DNA from: an uncultured Cytophagia bacterium
GTDB taxonomy: Bacteria > Zhuqueibacterota > Zhuqueibacteria > Residuimicrobiales > Krinioviventaceae
Assembly (NCBI GenBank): GCA_964607755.1
Contig: CAZSMC010000019.1
Coordinates: forward strand, 170-64,169
Direction: 5' to 3'
Length of the DNA: 64,000 nucleotides
In this document: piece after piece, positions 36,876 to 48,813 of the stretch
Layout of the letters: every line of letters begins with the position of its first letter
Position numbering within the stretch: the first letter of the stretch is position 1
Notes under the pieces: generated by a model
The model's input: only the letters and a program-made list of their open reading frames with translations
The model's database searches: none
Told to the model about the DNA's origin: nothing
Translations under genes and position numbers: made by a program

Positions 36876-38384
36876 ATGATCGAGGAGAATCTACAGGAAT
36901 TAAATAACGTCATGAAAGCGCGCCGGGAAAAACTGGCGCAGATAAAAGAGAAAGGCATCAATCCGTTTACATATCAATTTCCGCGCACCAATATAGCTAC
37001 GGAAATTCTCAATGATTTTGAATCCTATGAAAATAAAAATGTCAGTATAGCCGGCCGGTTGATGTCCATCCGCCGGATGGGTAAAGCTTCATTTGCGCAC
37101 GTTATGGATGAATCAGACCGCATTCAAATCTATGTGCGAAAAGATCAGATCGGCGAAGAAATGTACGATGTTTTCAAACTGCTGGACATCGGCGATATTA
37201 TCGGGCTTTCCGGACAGGTCATGAAAACGCGCACAGGCGAAATCACTGTTGTTGCCGAAGAATTGAGCCTGCTAAGCAAGAACTTACGGCCGCTGCCGAT
37301 TGTTAAGGAGAAAGAAAATGACACCGGTGAAAAAGTAACTTTTGATGCTTTTTCTGACACCGAAAACCGGTATCGCCAGCGGTATGTGGATTTAATTGTC
37401 AACCGGGAAGTGAACGATGTCTTTATCAAACGTTCACAAATCATCAAAGCCATGCGGCAATACCTGGATGCGCGCGACTATCTCGAAGTCGAGACGCCAG
37501 TACTGCAGCCAATTTACGGCGGTGCGGCAGCGCGTCCGTTTGTCACGCATCACAATACCTTGGACATGCAACTTTACATGCGCATTGCCGATGAGCTTTA
37601 TCTGAAGCGGTTGATTGTTGGCGGCTACGCCGGCGTTTACGAGATTTCCAAAGATTTCCGCAACGAAGGCATCGATCGAACTCATAATCCCGAATTCACC
37701 ATGATGGAGCTATATGTCGCTTATAAGGATTACTATTTTATGATGGATCTTGTGGAAGACATGATGAACGACATTGCAAAGCAAGTGTTGGGTTCGACAA
37801 AAATCACCTATCAGGGTCATGAAATCGATCTGACCGGCCCCTGGCCGCGTCTGTCGCTTTTTGATGCGATAGAAAAGCATACCGGGAAAAATCTTTATGG
37901 TAAAAATAAAGACGAGCTCAAAGCCATATCAGATGAAATCGGTGTTCATATAGAAAAGGATTGGGGCGCTGGTAAAATTTTAGATGAAATTTTTAGCGAG
38001 AAAGTGGAGCCCCATCTCATCCAGCCGGTTTTCATTTGCGATTATCCGGTAGAACTTTCGCCTCTGGCCAAGCGGCACCGCGATGATCCGAATCTGGTCG
38101 AGCGTTTTGAACCGTTTGTGGCGGGACGGGAAATCGGCAATGCGTTTTCTGAGCTGAACGATCCTGATGATCAGCGCGAGCGATTCGAATCGCAGATGGC
38201 ATTGCGTGAAGCCGGTGACGAAGAAGCGCAAATGCTGGACGAGGATTTTTTGCGCGCTCTGGAATACGGCATGCCCCCTACGGCCGGATTAGGTATGGGC
38301 ATTGACCGTTTGGTGATGCTGCTCACCAATCAACCTTCAATTCGTGATGTCATCTTTTTCCCAACTATGAGACCGGAAAAATAA
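36876..38384 (+). CDS. lysS: Lysyl-tRNA synthetase, class II
   Basis: [43 protein letters not shown]...HNPEFT and [16 protein letters not shown] motifs. Confidence 0.98.
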   Translation: MIEENLQELNNVMKARREKLAQIKEKGINPFTYQFPRTNIATEILNDFESYENKNVSIAGRLMSIRRMGKASFAHVMDESDRIQIYVRKDQIGEEMYDVFKLLDIGDIIGLSGQVMKTRTGEITVVAEELSLLSKNLRPLPIVKEKENDTGEKVTFDAFSDTENRYRQRYVDLIVNREVNDVFIKRSQIIKAMRQYLDARDYLEVETPVLQPIYGGAAARPFVTHHNTLDMQLYMRIADELYLKRLIVGGYAGVYEISKDFRNEGIDRTHNPEFTMMELYVAYKDYYFMMDLVEDMMNDIAKQVLGSTKITYQGHEIDLTGPWPRLSLFDAIEKHTGKNLYGKNKDELKAISDEIGVHIEKDWGAGKILDEIFSEKVEPHLIQPVFICDYPVELSPLAKRHRDDPNLVERFEPFVAGREIGNAFSELNDPDDQRERFESQMALREAGDEEAQMLDEDFLRALEYGMPPTAGLGMGIDRLVMLLTNQPSIRDVIFFPTMRPEK

Positions 38385-38385
38385 C

Positions 38386-39621
38386 ATGCGCTACGAATTT
38401 TTCATTGCACTGCGGTATCTAAAATCCAAGCGCCGCACTGGTTTTATTTCGCTAATTTCCTACATTTCGGTTACCGGCGTGGCAATTGGTGTGGCAGCGC
38501 TTATTATTGTGCTTTCGGTCATGAACGGATTCGAATCCGAAGTGCGTTCCCGGTTTATTGGCGTTGACACGCATATCAAGGTGCGTACCTTTCACGATCA
38601 GGGCGTGGAAAACCATCAAACTATAATGGAGCAAATTAAAGACACCCCGCACCTGGTCGCTATGTCGCCCTACATTCATCAGAAGGGGCTTGTTCTTTCC
38701 AAAAAAGAAAGCACAGGTATTCTGGTACGCGGCATTGATGAAAAAACAGCACCTGATGTTACTAATATCAAAGAAAGTATCAATTACGGCAGCCTGGACC
38801 TGGACATGCAGACAACATCGGAAGGCAAAAAATTGCCCGGCATTGTCCTTGGCTTTAACCTGGCAGACCGGCTTATGGTTACCCTTGGCGATAAAGTAAC
38901 CATTGCCAGCTTTAAAGGCATTCAACAGCTTGGCCAGATGCCAAATATGCTGCAGTTTGTGGTCACCGGATATTTTGAAACCGGCCTTTTCGAGTTTGAC
39001 GATACCATGGCTTATATATCCATCGAATCGGCTCAAAAACTGTTCACCATGCCTGATAAAGTCTCCGGCATTGGCATTCGAGTCGATGATTATCAGAATG
39101 CGGAAAAAGTCGCTAATATTCTCCAGAATCAGTTAGGATATCCGTACCGGGTCATCACTTACTTTGATCTGAATCGAAACCTTTTTGCCTGGATGCGCAT
39201 TGAAAAATGGGCAGCATTTATTATATTGTGTTTGATTATTATGGTGGCTGCATTTAATATTGTCAGTACCATGATTATGATCACTATGGAAAAAACGAGA
39301 GAAATTGGCATCTTGCGCTCAATGGGCGCCACACCGAAAAGCATCCGCAATATTTTCACCTATCAAGGATTGATTGTGGGATTTTTCGGTACCTTATGCG
39401 GGAATATTATCGGTTACGCGTTGTGTTGGGCACAATACAAATACCGTTTCTTTTCCTTGCCCATGGATGTTTACATCATTGACTGGCTGCCCATCTTGAT
39501 GAAGTGGACAGATGCTATATTTATTTCTGTTGCTGCCATACTCATTACATACGGCGCTTCAGTCTATCCGGCTGTAAGAGCCTCGAAACTGGACCCTGTG
39601 CAATCGATACGCTATGAATAG
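38386..39621 (+). CDS. lolE: Lipoprotein-releasing ABC transporter permease LolC/E
   Basis: ALRYL...R..GFISLIS...GVA.GVAALIIVLSVMNGFE, VAAFNIVST..EK.REIGILRSMGA, YPA.RA..LDP...IRYE. Confidence 0.93.
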   Translation: MRYEFFIALRYLKSKRRTGFISLISYISVTGVAIGVAALIIVLSVMNGFESEVRSRFIGVDTHIKVRTFHDQGVENHQTIMEQIKDTPHLVAMSPYIHQKGLVLSKKESTGILVRGIDEKTAPDVTNIKESINYGSLDLDMQTTSEGKKLPGIVLGFNLADRLMVTLGDKVTIASFKGIQQLGQMPNMLQFVVTGYFETGLFEFDDTMAYISIESAQKLFTMPDKVSGIGIRVDDYQNAEKVANILQNQLGYPYRVITYFDLNRNLFAWMRIEKWAAFIILCLIIMVAAFNIVSTMIMITMEKTREIGILRSMGATPKSIRNIFTYQGLIVGFFGTLCGNIIGYALCWAQYKYRFFSLPMDVYIIDWLPILMKWTDAIFISVAAILITYGASVYPAVRASKLDPVQSIRYE

Positions 39622-40321
39622 AAAAGAAAACAAAACAACGTTGCTCGATGTACGTGATGTCCACAAAACGTACAGGATGAAAGCATCATCGCTGCATGTG
39701 CTCAAAGGCATTGATTTGCAGATAAAAGAAGGCGAAATCATTTCCATTGTCGGGCCATCCGGAGTGGGTAAAAGCACTTTGTTGCACATCATTGGTATTT
39801 TGGACCGGCCGGATAAAGGCACTGTTGAAATAGATGGCGTCGATGTTTTTTCGTTTGAAGACATAAAATGTGCCGGATTACGAAATAAAACTGTTGGATT
39901 TGTCTTTCAAGCTCATTATCTTTTATCAGAGTTTACAGCGCTTGAAAACATTATGATGCCCGGCATGATTGCTGACCGTGAACGAAAAGAATTGAAAGAA
40001 TCGGCTCAATCTCTGCTAGCAAGAGTGGGATTAGAAGACCGGGCTGACCATAGGCCACGCGAATTATCCGGTGGTGAACAACAACGCATTGCTGTTGCCC
40101 GCGCTCTCATCAACCGACCCCGGCTCTTATTGGCAGACGAACCAACTGGAAACCTCGATGTTCACGCAGCAGAATCATTGCACGATTTGCTCTGGCAGTT
40201 GAATCGAGAGGAAAATCAAACATTGATTATTGTTACACATAATCGAAATCTGGCGGAGCAGACAGATCGCATTATCGAATTATTTGACGGCCGGGTGGTG
40301 AATATCAGAGCTGCAAATTAA
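39614..40321 (+). CDS. lolD: Lipoprotein-releasing ABC transporter ATPase
   Basis: [33 protein letters not shown] and VTH motifs; overlaps the lolE stop. Confidence 0.95.
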   Translation: MNRKENKTTLLDVRDVHKTYRMKASSLHVLKGIDLQIKEGEIISIVGPSGVGKSTLLHIIGILDRPDKGTVEIDGVDVFSFEDIKCAGLRNKTVGFVFQAHYLLSEFTALENIMMPGMIADRERKELKESAQSLLARVGLEDRADHRPRELSGGEQQRIAVARALINRPRLLLADEPTGNLDVHAAESLHDLLWQLNREENQTLIIVTHNRNLAEQTDRIIELFDGRVVNIRAAN

Positions 40322-40492
40322 AAATAGCCAGGTGGCATAATTATTGTATTTTAGTTGTTATATTAATTGAAATGACAATAACATAGCTTGTTTTTTATTA
40401 ATTTGTATATTTAATACGTAGAAAATATGTCATAGGACAGAACAACATAATGACAGATAATACACAGAGATTCGCGGTAAGAGGTGTTTTAT

Positions 40493-42982
40493 ATGAAAAA
40501 TAATTTTTCCAGTCGAGTACAAATGGTTATCCAGTTCGCCCGCGATGAGGCTTTGCGACTCGGACACGATTATATCGGGACAGAACATCTGCTCCTGGGA
40601 CTCATCCGGGAAGGCGAAGGAGTAGCTATAGAGATATTACGTTCTTTGGGATGCGACTTGGAAGAAATAAGACAGGCCATCGAAGATGCAGGTCGGGTGT
40701 CGAATGACACTATGACCATCGGCAATATACCATTCACTAAACGGGCAGAAAAAATATTAAAAAGTGCTTATGTTGAAGCGGAGCGACACAAATCAGATAT
40801 AATCGGAACGGAACATCTTTTGCTCGCTCTTGTTAAAGAGCGTGAGGGCCTGGCTGCTCAAATCTTAAATAGTTTCGATGTAACTTATAATGCAATATCT
40901 GCGGAGTTGGGACGTATTATGGATAATGCATCACATCCTAGCGGGACGCCCACAGAAGCAGCACAGGGAAAGTCCCAGACACCGGCACTTGACCATTTCG
41001 GTCGAGATTTAACAAAGCTGGCTAAAGAAAACAAACTCGATCCTATCATAGGCCGGGATAACGAAATACAACGCGTGGCACAAATTCTTAGCCGCCGTAA
41101 AAAGAACAATCCAGTATTAATTGGCGAGCCAGGTGTGGGTAAAACAGCGATTGCCGAAGGATTGGCACTTCGCATTGTCGAGAAAAAAGTACCCCGGATT
41201 CTGCATGACAAACGTCTGGTTACCCTGGATTTAGGCGCTATTGTTGCCGGTACAAAATACCGGGGACAATTCGAGGAGCGCATGAAAGCGATTATGAATG
41301 AGCTGGATAAAGTACCCAATATCATTCTATTTATCGATGAATTGCATACTATTGTTGGCGCCGGGGGTGCATCCGGTTCGCTGGATGCTTCAAATATGTT
41401 CAAACCAGCACTGGCCCGGGGTGAACTGCAATGTATAGGCGCTACAACCCTGGATGAATACCGCCAATATATTGAAAAAGACGGGGCGCTGGAACGCCGA
41501 TTCCAAAAGGTGATGGTAGATCCTCCTTCACTTGAAGAGACAGACGCCATTGTTAAAGGACTTCAGGTCAGATACGAAAAACACCATCGTGTTCATTATA
41601 CACCGGATGCGATCAACGAGATTATCAATCTGTCGGAGCGGTACATAACTGACCGCTATCAACCGGATAAAGCAATCGATGTGCTTGATGAAACCGGTGC
41701 CAGGGTTCATCTGAACAATCTGGTGGTACCAAAAGAATTTGCCGAGATTGAAGAAAAGATAAAACAAGTTCAATTTGAGAAAGACTCGGTTGTTCGTTCG
41801 CAAAATTTCGAAAAAGCTGCTATTTTGCGCGATCGTGAAAAATCACTGAACATCGAGCTCGACAATGCGCGCGCGCGATGGAACGAAGAGCAGGACGAGC
41901 ATTACGCCACAGCCACAGCAGAAGATGTGGCAGAAGTGGTATCGATGATGACCAAAATTCCGGTAACTCGCGTCGCTCAATCTGAATCTCAGAAACTGCT
42001 TAAAATGTCAGCGGAATTAAAGAACCGCGTTATCGGCCAGGATCCGGTGATCGATATGCTCAGTCGTGCCATTCAAAGGACACGGGCCGGCCTCAAAGAC
42101 CCCAACCGACCGATTGGATCCTTTATCTTTCTTGGCCCTACAGGCGTGGGTAAGACATATCTGGCAAAAGAATTGGCAAAGTATCTGTTTAATGATACAG
42201 ATGCGTTGATTCGCATCGATATGTCCGAATATATGGAAAAATTTTCCGTATCACGTCTTACAGGTGCTCCCCCGGGCTATGTCGGCTATGAAGAAGGCGG
42301 TCAATTAACGGAACGGGTGCGCAGTCACCCCTACTCGGTAGTTTTGTTCGATGAAATCGAAAAAGCTCATCCGGACCTGTACAACATCTTGCTGCAAATC
42401 CTTGATGAAGGTCATATCACAGATGGCCTTGGCAGAAAAATTGATTTCAAAAACACAGTACTAATCATGACAAGTAACATTGGCGCCAGAGAAGTGCGAA
42501 AAAGCAGTAACATTGGTTTTGCCAAGCAGGATGACCAGTCTACATACGAGTCTATGCGGGACCGGATTCTTGAACAAGTGCGCAACACATTCAATCCCGA
42601 GTTTCTCAACCGTCTTGATGAGCAAGTGGTTTTCCGCCAGTTATCTCGTGAAGATATGGTAAAAATAGTTGACATTGTGATCAAGGAGATGCTCAACAAA
42701 GTTGCCAGTCAGGAAATAGAGCTCGAGCTCACCCGCGGTGCCAAGGAGTTTATCGCAGACCGTGGATTTGACCCGATTTATGGCGCTCGACCGCTAAAAC
42801 GCATGGTTCAAAAATATATTGAAGATCCGTTAGCCGAAGAGCTGCTCAAAGGCAAATTCTCGGACGGCAGCCGGATTCGTGTTCAGCGTAAAGGCGATGA
42901 ACTTGGTTTCCGTGAAATGAAATCAACGAAGAAAAATAATCAATCTAAAAAAACCAAGCAAGAGATAGAAAGCGAAAATTAA
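40493..42982 (+). CDS. clpC: ATP-dependent Clp protease ATP-binding subunit ClpC
   Basis: Clp-N repeats (GTEHLLL), two AAA+ modules ([16 protein letters not shown]), UVR-type middle coiled coil; ATG after a GAGGT RBS. Confidence 0.96.
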   Translation: MKNNFSSRVQMVIQFARDEALRLGHDYIGTEHLLLGLIREGEGVAIEILRSLGCDLEEIRQAIEDAGRVSNDTMTIGNIPFTKRAEKILKSAYVEAERHKSDIIGTEHLLLALVKEREGLAAQILNSFDVTYNAISAELGRIMDNASHPSGTPTEAAQGKSQTPALDHFGRDLTKLAKENKLDPIIGRDNEIQRVAQILSRRKKNNPVLIGEPGVGKTAIAEGLALRIVEKKVPRILHDKRLVTLDLGAIVAGTKYRGQFEERMKAIMNELDKVPNIILFIDELHTIVGAGGASGSLDASNMFKPALARGELQCIGATTLDEYRQYIEKDGALERRFQKVMVDPPSLEETDAIVKGLQVRYEKHHRVHYTPDAINEIINLSERYITDRYQPDKAIDVLDETGARVHLNNLVVPKEFAEIEEKIKQVQFEKDSVVRSQNFEKAAILRDREKSLNIELDNARARWNEEQDEHYATATAEDVAEVVSMMTKIPVTRVAQSESQKLLKMSAELKNRVIGQDPVIDMLSRAIQRTRAGLKDPNRPIGSFIFLGPTGVGKTYLAKELAKYLFNDTDALIRIDMSEYMEKFSVSRLTGAPPGYVGYEEGGQLTERVRSHPYSVVLFDEIEKAHPDLYNILLQILDEGHITDGLGRKIDFKNTVLIMTSNIGAREVRKSSNIGFAKQDDQSTYESMRDRILEQVRNTFNPEFLNRLDEQVVFRQLSREDMVKIVDIVIKEMLNKVASQEIELELTRGAKEFIADRGFDPIYGARPLKRMVQKYIEDPLAEELLKGKFSDGSRIRVQRKGDELGFREMKSTKKNNQSKKTKQEIESEN

Positions 42983-42989
42983 GCTTGAT

Positions 42990-43017
42990 GCCCGGGCCAA
43001 ACGGTTCGGGCTTTTTT
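42990..43017 (+). terminator. Intrinsic terminator of clpC
   Basis: gcccgggcc-aaac-ggttcgggc followed by tttttt. Confidence 0.8.
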
Positions 43018-44737
43018 ATTCACTGCCGGAAGGCAGAATAATATTGTTCCCCTCATTCGGCCATTGAGCCCGAATCTTTATCGTATCCGGATAAACGAAA
43101 TACCGCTCAGCCGGTTGAAACAGAAAAGCCTCTCCCCAGCTATAACGGCCATTCTCATCACGATCGCGATATCCTCGAATCCGGTACTCACCAGGTAACA
43201 AATCACGGAACCGGTATGTACCGGCTGATTCCAACCACAACTTTTTTTCTCTCGATTCTTTATCATCTAACAATTCAGCTTTTAAAAAAATGGGGCCGGT
43301 CGCGTTAGTATCCGGATCGATGACTGTCCCGCCTATTTCCGAAAGTGTGTCAGGATCCATTGTGATGAAATATTTTTTAAAAAGTGTATCTGCAAGAGCA
43401 TTTCCGGCAATGTCGAATACCGAATCAACCGGAAGAGCGATTTCATAATACGTTTCCGGCTTGAACGCTTCAGACGGAGTAAAAAGGCACTTTGTCAGAT
43501 TCGGCCAGGCCACGGTTCCGGGAATGGTATTGCCCAGCGTATCCGCCACCATAAAATGCCGGTTTACAGTTTCCTGATTCATGGCTTTTGTAAAATAAAT
43601 GCGGAATTTACTCTGCAGCGGCACGAGCGTCGAGCTGTCATGAGGCTGCATGGCAAGATAGCGAGGCCTGGTAGTATCCGGCACACCACTACCGGTAAAA
43701 GTCGCGAGGCCGGAATCAGCCGGTATGGAAAGAAAGTTTGCATCCATAGCGCGTTGAACACAAAGATTATAGGACATTTCAGCAGTCTGGGCCACCGTAG
43801 CCAGGTGCACCAGAGCTAAATTTCTGAAATCGAGCGCTGCATCCAGGACAGGCAGGGAGTCACCTGTTTCAGAAACAATTGTAAAGTTGTCCGGATTCTC
43901 CAATGCGGTGGTATCCATCGGTTCAGAAAAACGCACATTCACATGGCGCTGATCCGGAGCAACAACATCCACGAGTACAGGCGGAGTCGTGTCCCGTCTG
44001 GCTATACGAAAGGTCATGCCACTTTTCTGACGTTGTAACGAATCCAGACGCACATCTGAGAACGCAACGCCGAGCTGATCAAATTCCGCGTTGTACAGCG
44101 TATTCATATCCCGGTCCTGCACCGCAAACAAACGATACAATCCGAACGCCATGTGAGTGAAAGAGAACGCACCAGTTTCCCCGCATTGAGTTATGTATAT
44201 CGGTGACTCTCTGGCGGGATTTGGAGACGAATGAACATCAAGATCGTAAGCCCACATTTGCGTGCCGCTGATTTCGCCATTGCCAAAGACATGTCCGTTT
44301 ATCTCGCCTCGATCCAGTTGCGGGCCTGTGGAAAAAGCAAGAGTATATGATTCTTTCATCATATTATTCCGGCGGTCGCGGGTTCCGGCGCCAATTGTGA
44401 TCACATAGGTGCGGTCGTCCAGCAGCGAGTCGCTAAATTCGATGGTCAGTTTTCTATCCCTTTTCCACCTGTACTTTACATTTTCACCGGGAAACGGCGT
44501 AATGAACAATGAGCTCTCACATGTTGATGGTTTAACCGGTTCGCTAAAAACGATCTTTACATCAATATCACGAGAAATGTTTGTGGTATCCGCTGGCGGA
44601 AAGGTCTCTACCACAAAAGGAGCGGTTTCATCGACCGGGCCGCCTGGCGGCGGTGCCTGGGATGCACAATAAGCAAGTATAACTGCTACTCCCCCACAGA
44701 GTCCCATAAGGATCTTTTTTATATTTTTAACGACCAT
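43016..44737 (-). CDS. Ig-like (Big_5) repeat lipoprotein
   Basis: Lipobox ILAY-C followed by ASQAPPPGGPVDETAP; repeated D..PP.....P....F.EP Ig-like modules. ORF track opens at 44764. Confidence 0.82.
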   Translation of the reverse strand: MVVKNIKKILMGLCGGVAVILAYCASQAPPPGGPVDETAPFVVETFPPADTTNISRDIDVKIVFSEPVKPSTCESSLFITPFPGENVKYRWKRDRKLTIEFSDSLLDDRTYVITIGAGTRDRRNNMMKESYTLAFSTGPQLDRGEINGHVFGNGEISGTQMWAYDLDVHSSPNPARESPIYITQCGETGAFSFTHMAFGLYRLFAVQDRDMNTLYNAEFDQLGVAFSDVRLDSLQRQKSGMTFRIARRDTTPPVLVDVVAPDQRHVNVRFSEPMDTTALENPDNFTIVSETGDSLPVLDAALDFRNLALVHLATVAQTAEMSYNLCVQRAMDANFLSIPADSGLATFTGSGVPDTTRPRYLAMQPHDSSTLVPLQSKFRIYFTKAMNQETVNRHFMVADTLGNTIPGTVAWPNLTKCLFTPSEAFKPETYYEIALPVDSVFDIAGNALADTLFKKYFITMDPDTLSEIGGTVIDPDTNATGPIFLKAELLDDKESREKKLWLESAGTYRFRDLLPGEYRIRGYRDRDENGRYSWGEAFLFQPAERYFVYPDTIKIRAQWPNEGNNIILPSGSE

Positions 44738-44906
44738 TCTATAAAATAGAAATTTATGCGGCAATTTTCAATTTATTTTCATTGATCACAATAATAGTTA
44801 AATCAAAATGTGAATTAAAGGCTGGAGGAAACTTTTCAAAAACGACTAAAATAGATGTAAATATCTGCTCAATCATTACATAATCGATTGTTCCGGTTTT
44901 GAAGGA

Positions 44907-45992
44907 TTATTTGATTTTCATCCCGAGGCAATCGTGGTAGATGTCTTCCAACTTTTGCAATACCGTCTGAGCCATGACATTTTCTTTAACCCAATGGTAA
45001 TTATACAAACTTTGTTCTTTTCTGAGGTTTTTATCCCTATGTAGCAGAGCAAGATATTCCGCACACTTTGCAGGGGATACCGGCTCACACAAAAATCCCA
45101 TAGCGCCGTGTTCAAAAAAATCTTTTACTCCGCCCACCGCTGCTGTAATAACCGGCAAGCCAAAACTCATGGCTTCCAAAAGTGACGTTGGCATGCCTTC
45201 GCCATATTCTGTGGGAAACAAATAGACATCAGCTTGTTGAAAAACCGGACGCCGTTCTTCATTCTTCACAAAACCGAGGAATTCAGCAGGACATCCAATA
45301 GACCGGGCATACGTTCTGGCTTTTTCAAGTTCCTTGCCGGTTCCGGCTACCGAGAGGTGAACATTCTCATCATATTGGTCAAAGAAAAGCTTTACAGCAT
45401 CCAAAGAGGTGTAAATGCCTTTTTCTGATTCAATCCGTGCCAAAAAAAGAATATTAAAATGATCCGCATCAATGCGATTTTGAATATCCTTTTCATTGAA
45501 ATCAGCTACCAGTTCATCATCGACCAGAGTAGATAAAAGGTAAATGCTTTTTTGATAACCCCAGGACCGAAGCTCATTTTTAAAGCCATTTGCTAAAACA
45601 ATAAAAGCATCCGTCCTAAAAAACAGCTTTGGATACAAATTAGGAAAGAATTTCTGAAGAAACTTCACAAAATGCCAATTCCATCCATGGATAAAAACGA
45701 GACATGTTTTCCCGGCTCTTTTCCCGAGCCATAAAAACATTGCATCTCTGATAAAAGACTTGAAGCGCATCGATGTGTTGATGTGCACCAGGTCATAATG
45801 AGCAACTTTTTTTTGGAATGCAAGATAATCGGCAATAAACCGTTTCAGATAAGAAAAAAAGCCAGACTCGCCAGTACGCTTGCCGGTGATGAGATAATCA
45901 ACAGGTACGCGGAAATTGTTCTTCAGAATATTATAGTAATTACCAATTCCCCCAATATTGGTAATATCCATAGTTAATAAGAGTACTCTCAT
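44907..45992 (-). CDS. Glycosyltransferase family 4
   Basis: ILFLARIESEKG, ADVYLFPT..EGMPTSLLEAMSFGLPVI motifs. Confidence 0.93.
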   Translation of the reverse strand: MRVLLLTMDITNIGGIGNYYNILKNNFRVPVDYLITGKRTGESGFFSYLKRFIADYLAFQKKVAHYDLVHINTSMRFKSFIRDAMFLWLGKRAGKTCLVFIHGWNWHFVKFLQKFFPNLYPKLFFRTDAFIVLANGFKNELRSWGYQKSIYLLSTLVDDELVADFNEKDIQNRIDADHFNILFLARIESEKGIYTSLDAVKLFFDQYDENVHLSVAGTGKELEKARTYARSIGCPAEFLGFVKNEERRPVFQQADVYLFPTEYGEGMPTSLLEAMSFGLPVITAAVGGVKDFFEHGAMGFLCEPVSPAKCAEYLALLHRDKNLRKEQSLYNYHWVKENVMAQTVLQKLEDIYHDCLGMKIK

Positions 45993-46005
45993 TCCACTCT
46001 TTTTT

Positions 46006-48570
46006 TTATTCCGTAGCCCTCAATCCTGTTGGAGGATGCGGAGAAATTAGATCGAATATTGAATTGGCTTCGATGTTAATGTTATCAAAACAAACGGCAT
46101 CGTTGTAGGAACCAAACCCTACCTGACCGATAACATTAATATTGACAGACCACTCTGTAACCAGTTTTCGATTTATAGCAAGCCAGAGTTGGCCGTCAGA
46201 GTATGCCAGATCTATTTGCTGATAACTATCCAGATTGATAGTCGTTGGATATTCTTCAAAAATGACCCGTTGCCCGTTTTCTATACGTTGAAAAGTGACA
46301 TCATAGGGATGAAACTGGACATAACAATAGTTTTGTGCGTCCTGATAAGCAAAGATGATGGCATAATCCGCATGATCGTTAGATAACACATCCTCGGTTG
46401 AGCGCGCTTCACAACGGATATGGAAGTTCTGCTCAAAGAAATCATTAGAGCTGACAAGTGCATATTCACCGAGCATTTTTCCGCCGGGACTTTCATAATC
46501 AGTGGTGTTCAAGTACAAAGCTGAATCATCGTCATCACTGGCAATTTCCCAACGTGAAGCTGTGCGCAACTGATAGCGGTCAATTGTTGCCATTTCAAAA
46601 TCATCAAAATAGTCAGCTAACAACCGGAATCTTGGTGATAACAATTGTTCCGCCATGTTATTCTGCTCCGACGCATCACGAATATTGCGGGCTATCACAT
46701 AGTATGACAAACCCAAATCCAGGGCATCGGTTTCCAGGACCACTGTTTTATTATCAGAAGAAAGCGTGGCAGAATAAACCTGCCCGTTATTTAATTGATA
46801 ATTGTCTGCGAGTTGTGCAGAGGAATATTCAAGCGGTTCGGAGAACTGCAATCGGACAGACGATCTGGTCCGCACAGACACATCTGATATCTGTGGAAAC
46901 ATGTTATCCTTTGCTGCAGCAAAAGTCCCGCTGGCTGCGCTTTCTGAAACCAGGCCTGCGTCATCTACAGAATAGATCTCGTAGAAATATGCCAGACCTT
47001 CCTGAATATTGGCATCTTTATACTGAGTATCATAAACATCGGCGATTTTCTGATTGTCACGATAAACATGATAATACACCGCCACATCTCCGTCAGAAGC
47101 CGGGGCCGGGGCATCCCATTGCAGTTGAATTGAAGAGCTTGTTGCTGACGAATATGAGAGATTCGTAGGCGGGTTAGGTGGTGTGTCATCTGAGGTTGAG
47201 CCTCCGCCTCCGCCATTATCTTCATCACGTGGTTCAATAGAAAACATATAAATATCGCCAATACCAGTATTATATGTACTGCGATAAATAATTCTTGTAC
47301 CTTGACGATTAACCATAGCATCAGGTTGATAATACTTGTGACTTTTTTCAACTTTATGAGAACGAGTATGGACAAAACGGCGTACTTTTTGTGAACCGTC
47401 TGTAGGGACTTCAATAATTTCTCCCCAAAAAGGTGACCATAATACGTTGGGATTATCGGAGCGATACTCATACGAAACGTAAATATACTTTCCACTTGTT
47501 ACGGAATTACACGCTGTCATAACAATTTGAGCCCATTTTGGAATATCTTTTAACAAGCGAACATGGCCATCCGATAAACGGATTGAAACAATATCTCCTG
47601 GAGAAGCGCCAGCAGACTGAAAAGGTTCCGGATAGTCAAACGGGACCACAGTATATACCACCTCGTCTCCAAAAGCATCGACGCCTGTTTCCCAATGAAT
47701 AATACTCGGATGTAATTGTCTGATAAATTTCCAGTTTTTATCATATAATTCAATACCGGCATATCGTTTATTCAACCCGGGATTGGTTCCCCATGACACT
47801 ATGACATACTTGCCACTTGGTGAGACGGCGGCATAATCCACACCAACATTGCCTCCTTTAGAACCCAGGCTACCTAAATCAAAGTTCGATGGCGGATACT
47901 TGATATCATCAATCAAATCGTAGACAAACAATTCTTTGCCATCACCATCAATACACCAGTAACGTCCATTATTAGAAATATCGCCTTCCCCGCCAGCGGG
48001 TCCAATCGCCCCATACTCTGAAAAAGTACGAATGACCTGAGGATTTTCCATATCCCGAAAGTCGTAAAGAACGACCTTGTTACCTTCATATTTATAAAAA
48101 TGGTATTTTGGATCAAATTGAATATACTCGCCATTCTTTTTATAGCGATCAGCCAATGCCCATCGAATCCAGTAAGGACCTAATTCCGAACCATATAAAC
48201 CAAGATATTTAACTCTCTCTCCAGTTTGCCCATCATACAAATAGGTCCCAATAAGATTACGTCCATCTATGATGTCATTTTGGGCGGCTATGAAAAAAGA
48301 TCCATCTTTATTAAAATAGCAAATCTCACTGTTGGCAAAATATCCACCTAATACGAACTCACCAAATCGTGCACAATCTGTTACTCGATGAATCTTTGTC
48401 CCAAAAGCCGGATCAAAATATGTACTTCCCGCACCGGATGGCGGATTAAAAGTATGCAAATTTGGGGGGATAATTATCTCATCACTGATTATTCCACTTG
48501 CCTGAACATTTATAAAACCAGTTAAAACAAAAAGGTTAATTATAAAATAAAGAATTTTCATCAACTTCAT
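46006..48570 (-). CDS. Large secreted multidomain protein (propeller-like, FN3, Ig-like, ConA-like) ending in an orphan FN3-like strand
   Basis: Signal peptide after a GGAG RBS; N-terminal repeats suggest a beta-propeller; GGGGGS linker; DDTPPNPPTNL...W..P......Y..YRD...Y.Y.I.SVD.AG..S FN3; Ig-like FSEPL module; C-terminus DLISPHPPTGLRATE*. ORF track opens at 48591. Confidence 0.75.
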   Translation of the reverse strand: MKLMKILYFIINLFVLTGFINVQASGIISDEIIIPPNLHTFNPPSGAGSTYFDPAFGTKIHRVTDCARFGEFVLGGYFANSEICYFNKDGSFFIAAQNDIIDGRNLIGTYLYDGQTGERVKYLGLYGSELGPYWIRWALADRYKKNGEYIQFDPKYHFYKYEGNKVVLYDFRDMENPQVIRTFSEYGAIGPAGGEGDISNNGRYWCIDGDGKELFVYDLIDDIKYPPSNFDLGSLGSKGGNVGVDYAAVSPSGKYVIVSWGTNPGLNKRYAGIELYDKNWKFIRQLHPSIIHWETGVDAFGDEVVYTVVPFDYPEPFQSAGASPGDIVSIRLSDGHVRLLKDIPKWAQIVMTACNSVTSGKYIYVSYEYRSDNPNVLWSPFWGEIIEVPTDGSQKVRRFVHTRSHKVEKSHKYYQPDAMVNRQGTRIIYRSTYNTGIGDIYMFSIEPRDEDNGGGGGSTSDDTPPNPPTNLSYSSATSSSIQLQWDAPAPASDGDVAVYYHVYRDNQKIADVYDTQYKDANIQEGLAYFYEIYSVDDAGLVSESAASGTFAAAKDNMFPQISDVSVRTRSSVRLQFSEPLEYSSAQLADNYQLNNGQVYSATLSSDNKTVVLETDALDLGLSYYVIARNIRDASEQNNMAEQLLSPRFRLLADYFDDFEMATIDRYQLRTASRWEIASDDDDSALYLNTTDYESPGGKMLGEYALVSSNDFFEQNFHIRCEARSTEDVLSNDHADYAIIFAYQDAQNYCYVQFHPYDVTFQRIENGQRVIFEEYPTTINLDSYQQIDLAYSDGQLWLAINRKLVTEWSVNINVIGQVGFGSYNDAVCFDNINIEANSIFDLISPHPPTGLRATE

Positions 48571-48813
48571 TTCGCTCTCTCCAAACTTCATTACAACAAT
48601 TATGGTATGACAATTTAATAGCTTATCCGCATCGGCGCAAAAAAGTTTAAAATAGGTATCAATTACCTTGCACCTTCTGAAACAATGCTTAATGATTAAT
48701 ATAACAATTACCGTGCCACTAACTTTGATTCACGTGCTCTAATAAAACTAATAATATCCTCTTTTGCGGTGGCGAAAATTCAGAGTGAAAAAAATCTTTA
48801 AAAAACAACCAAT

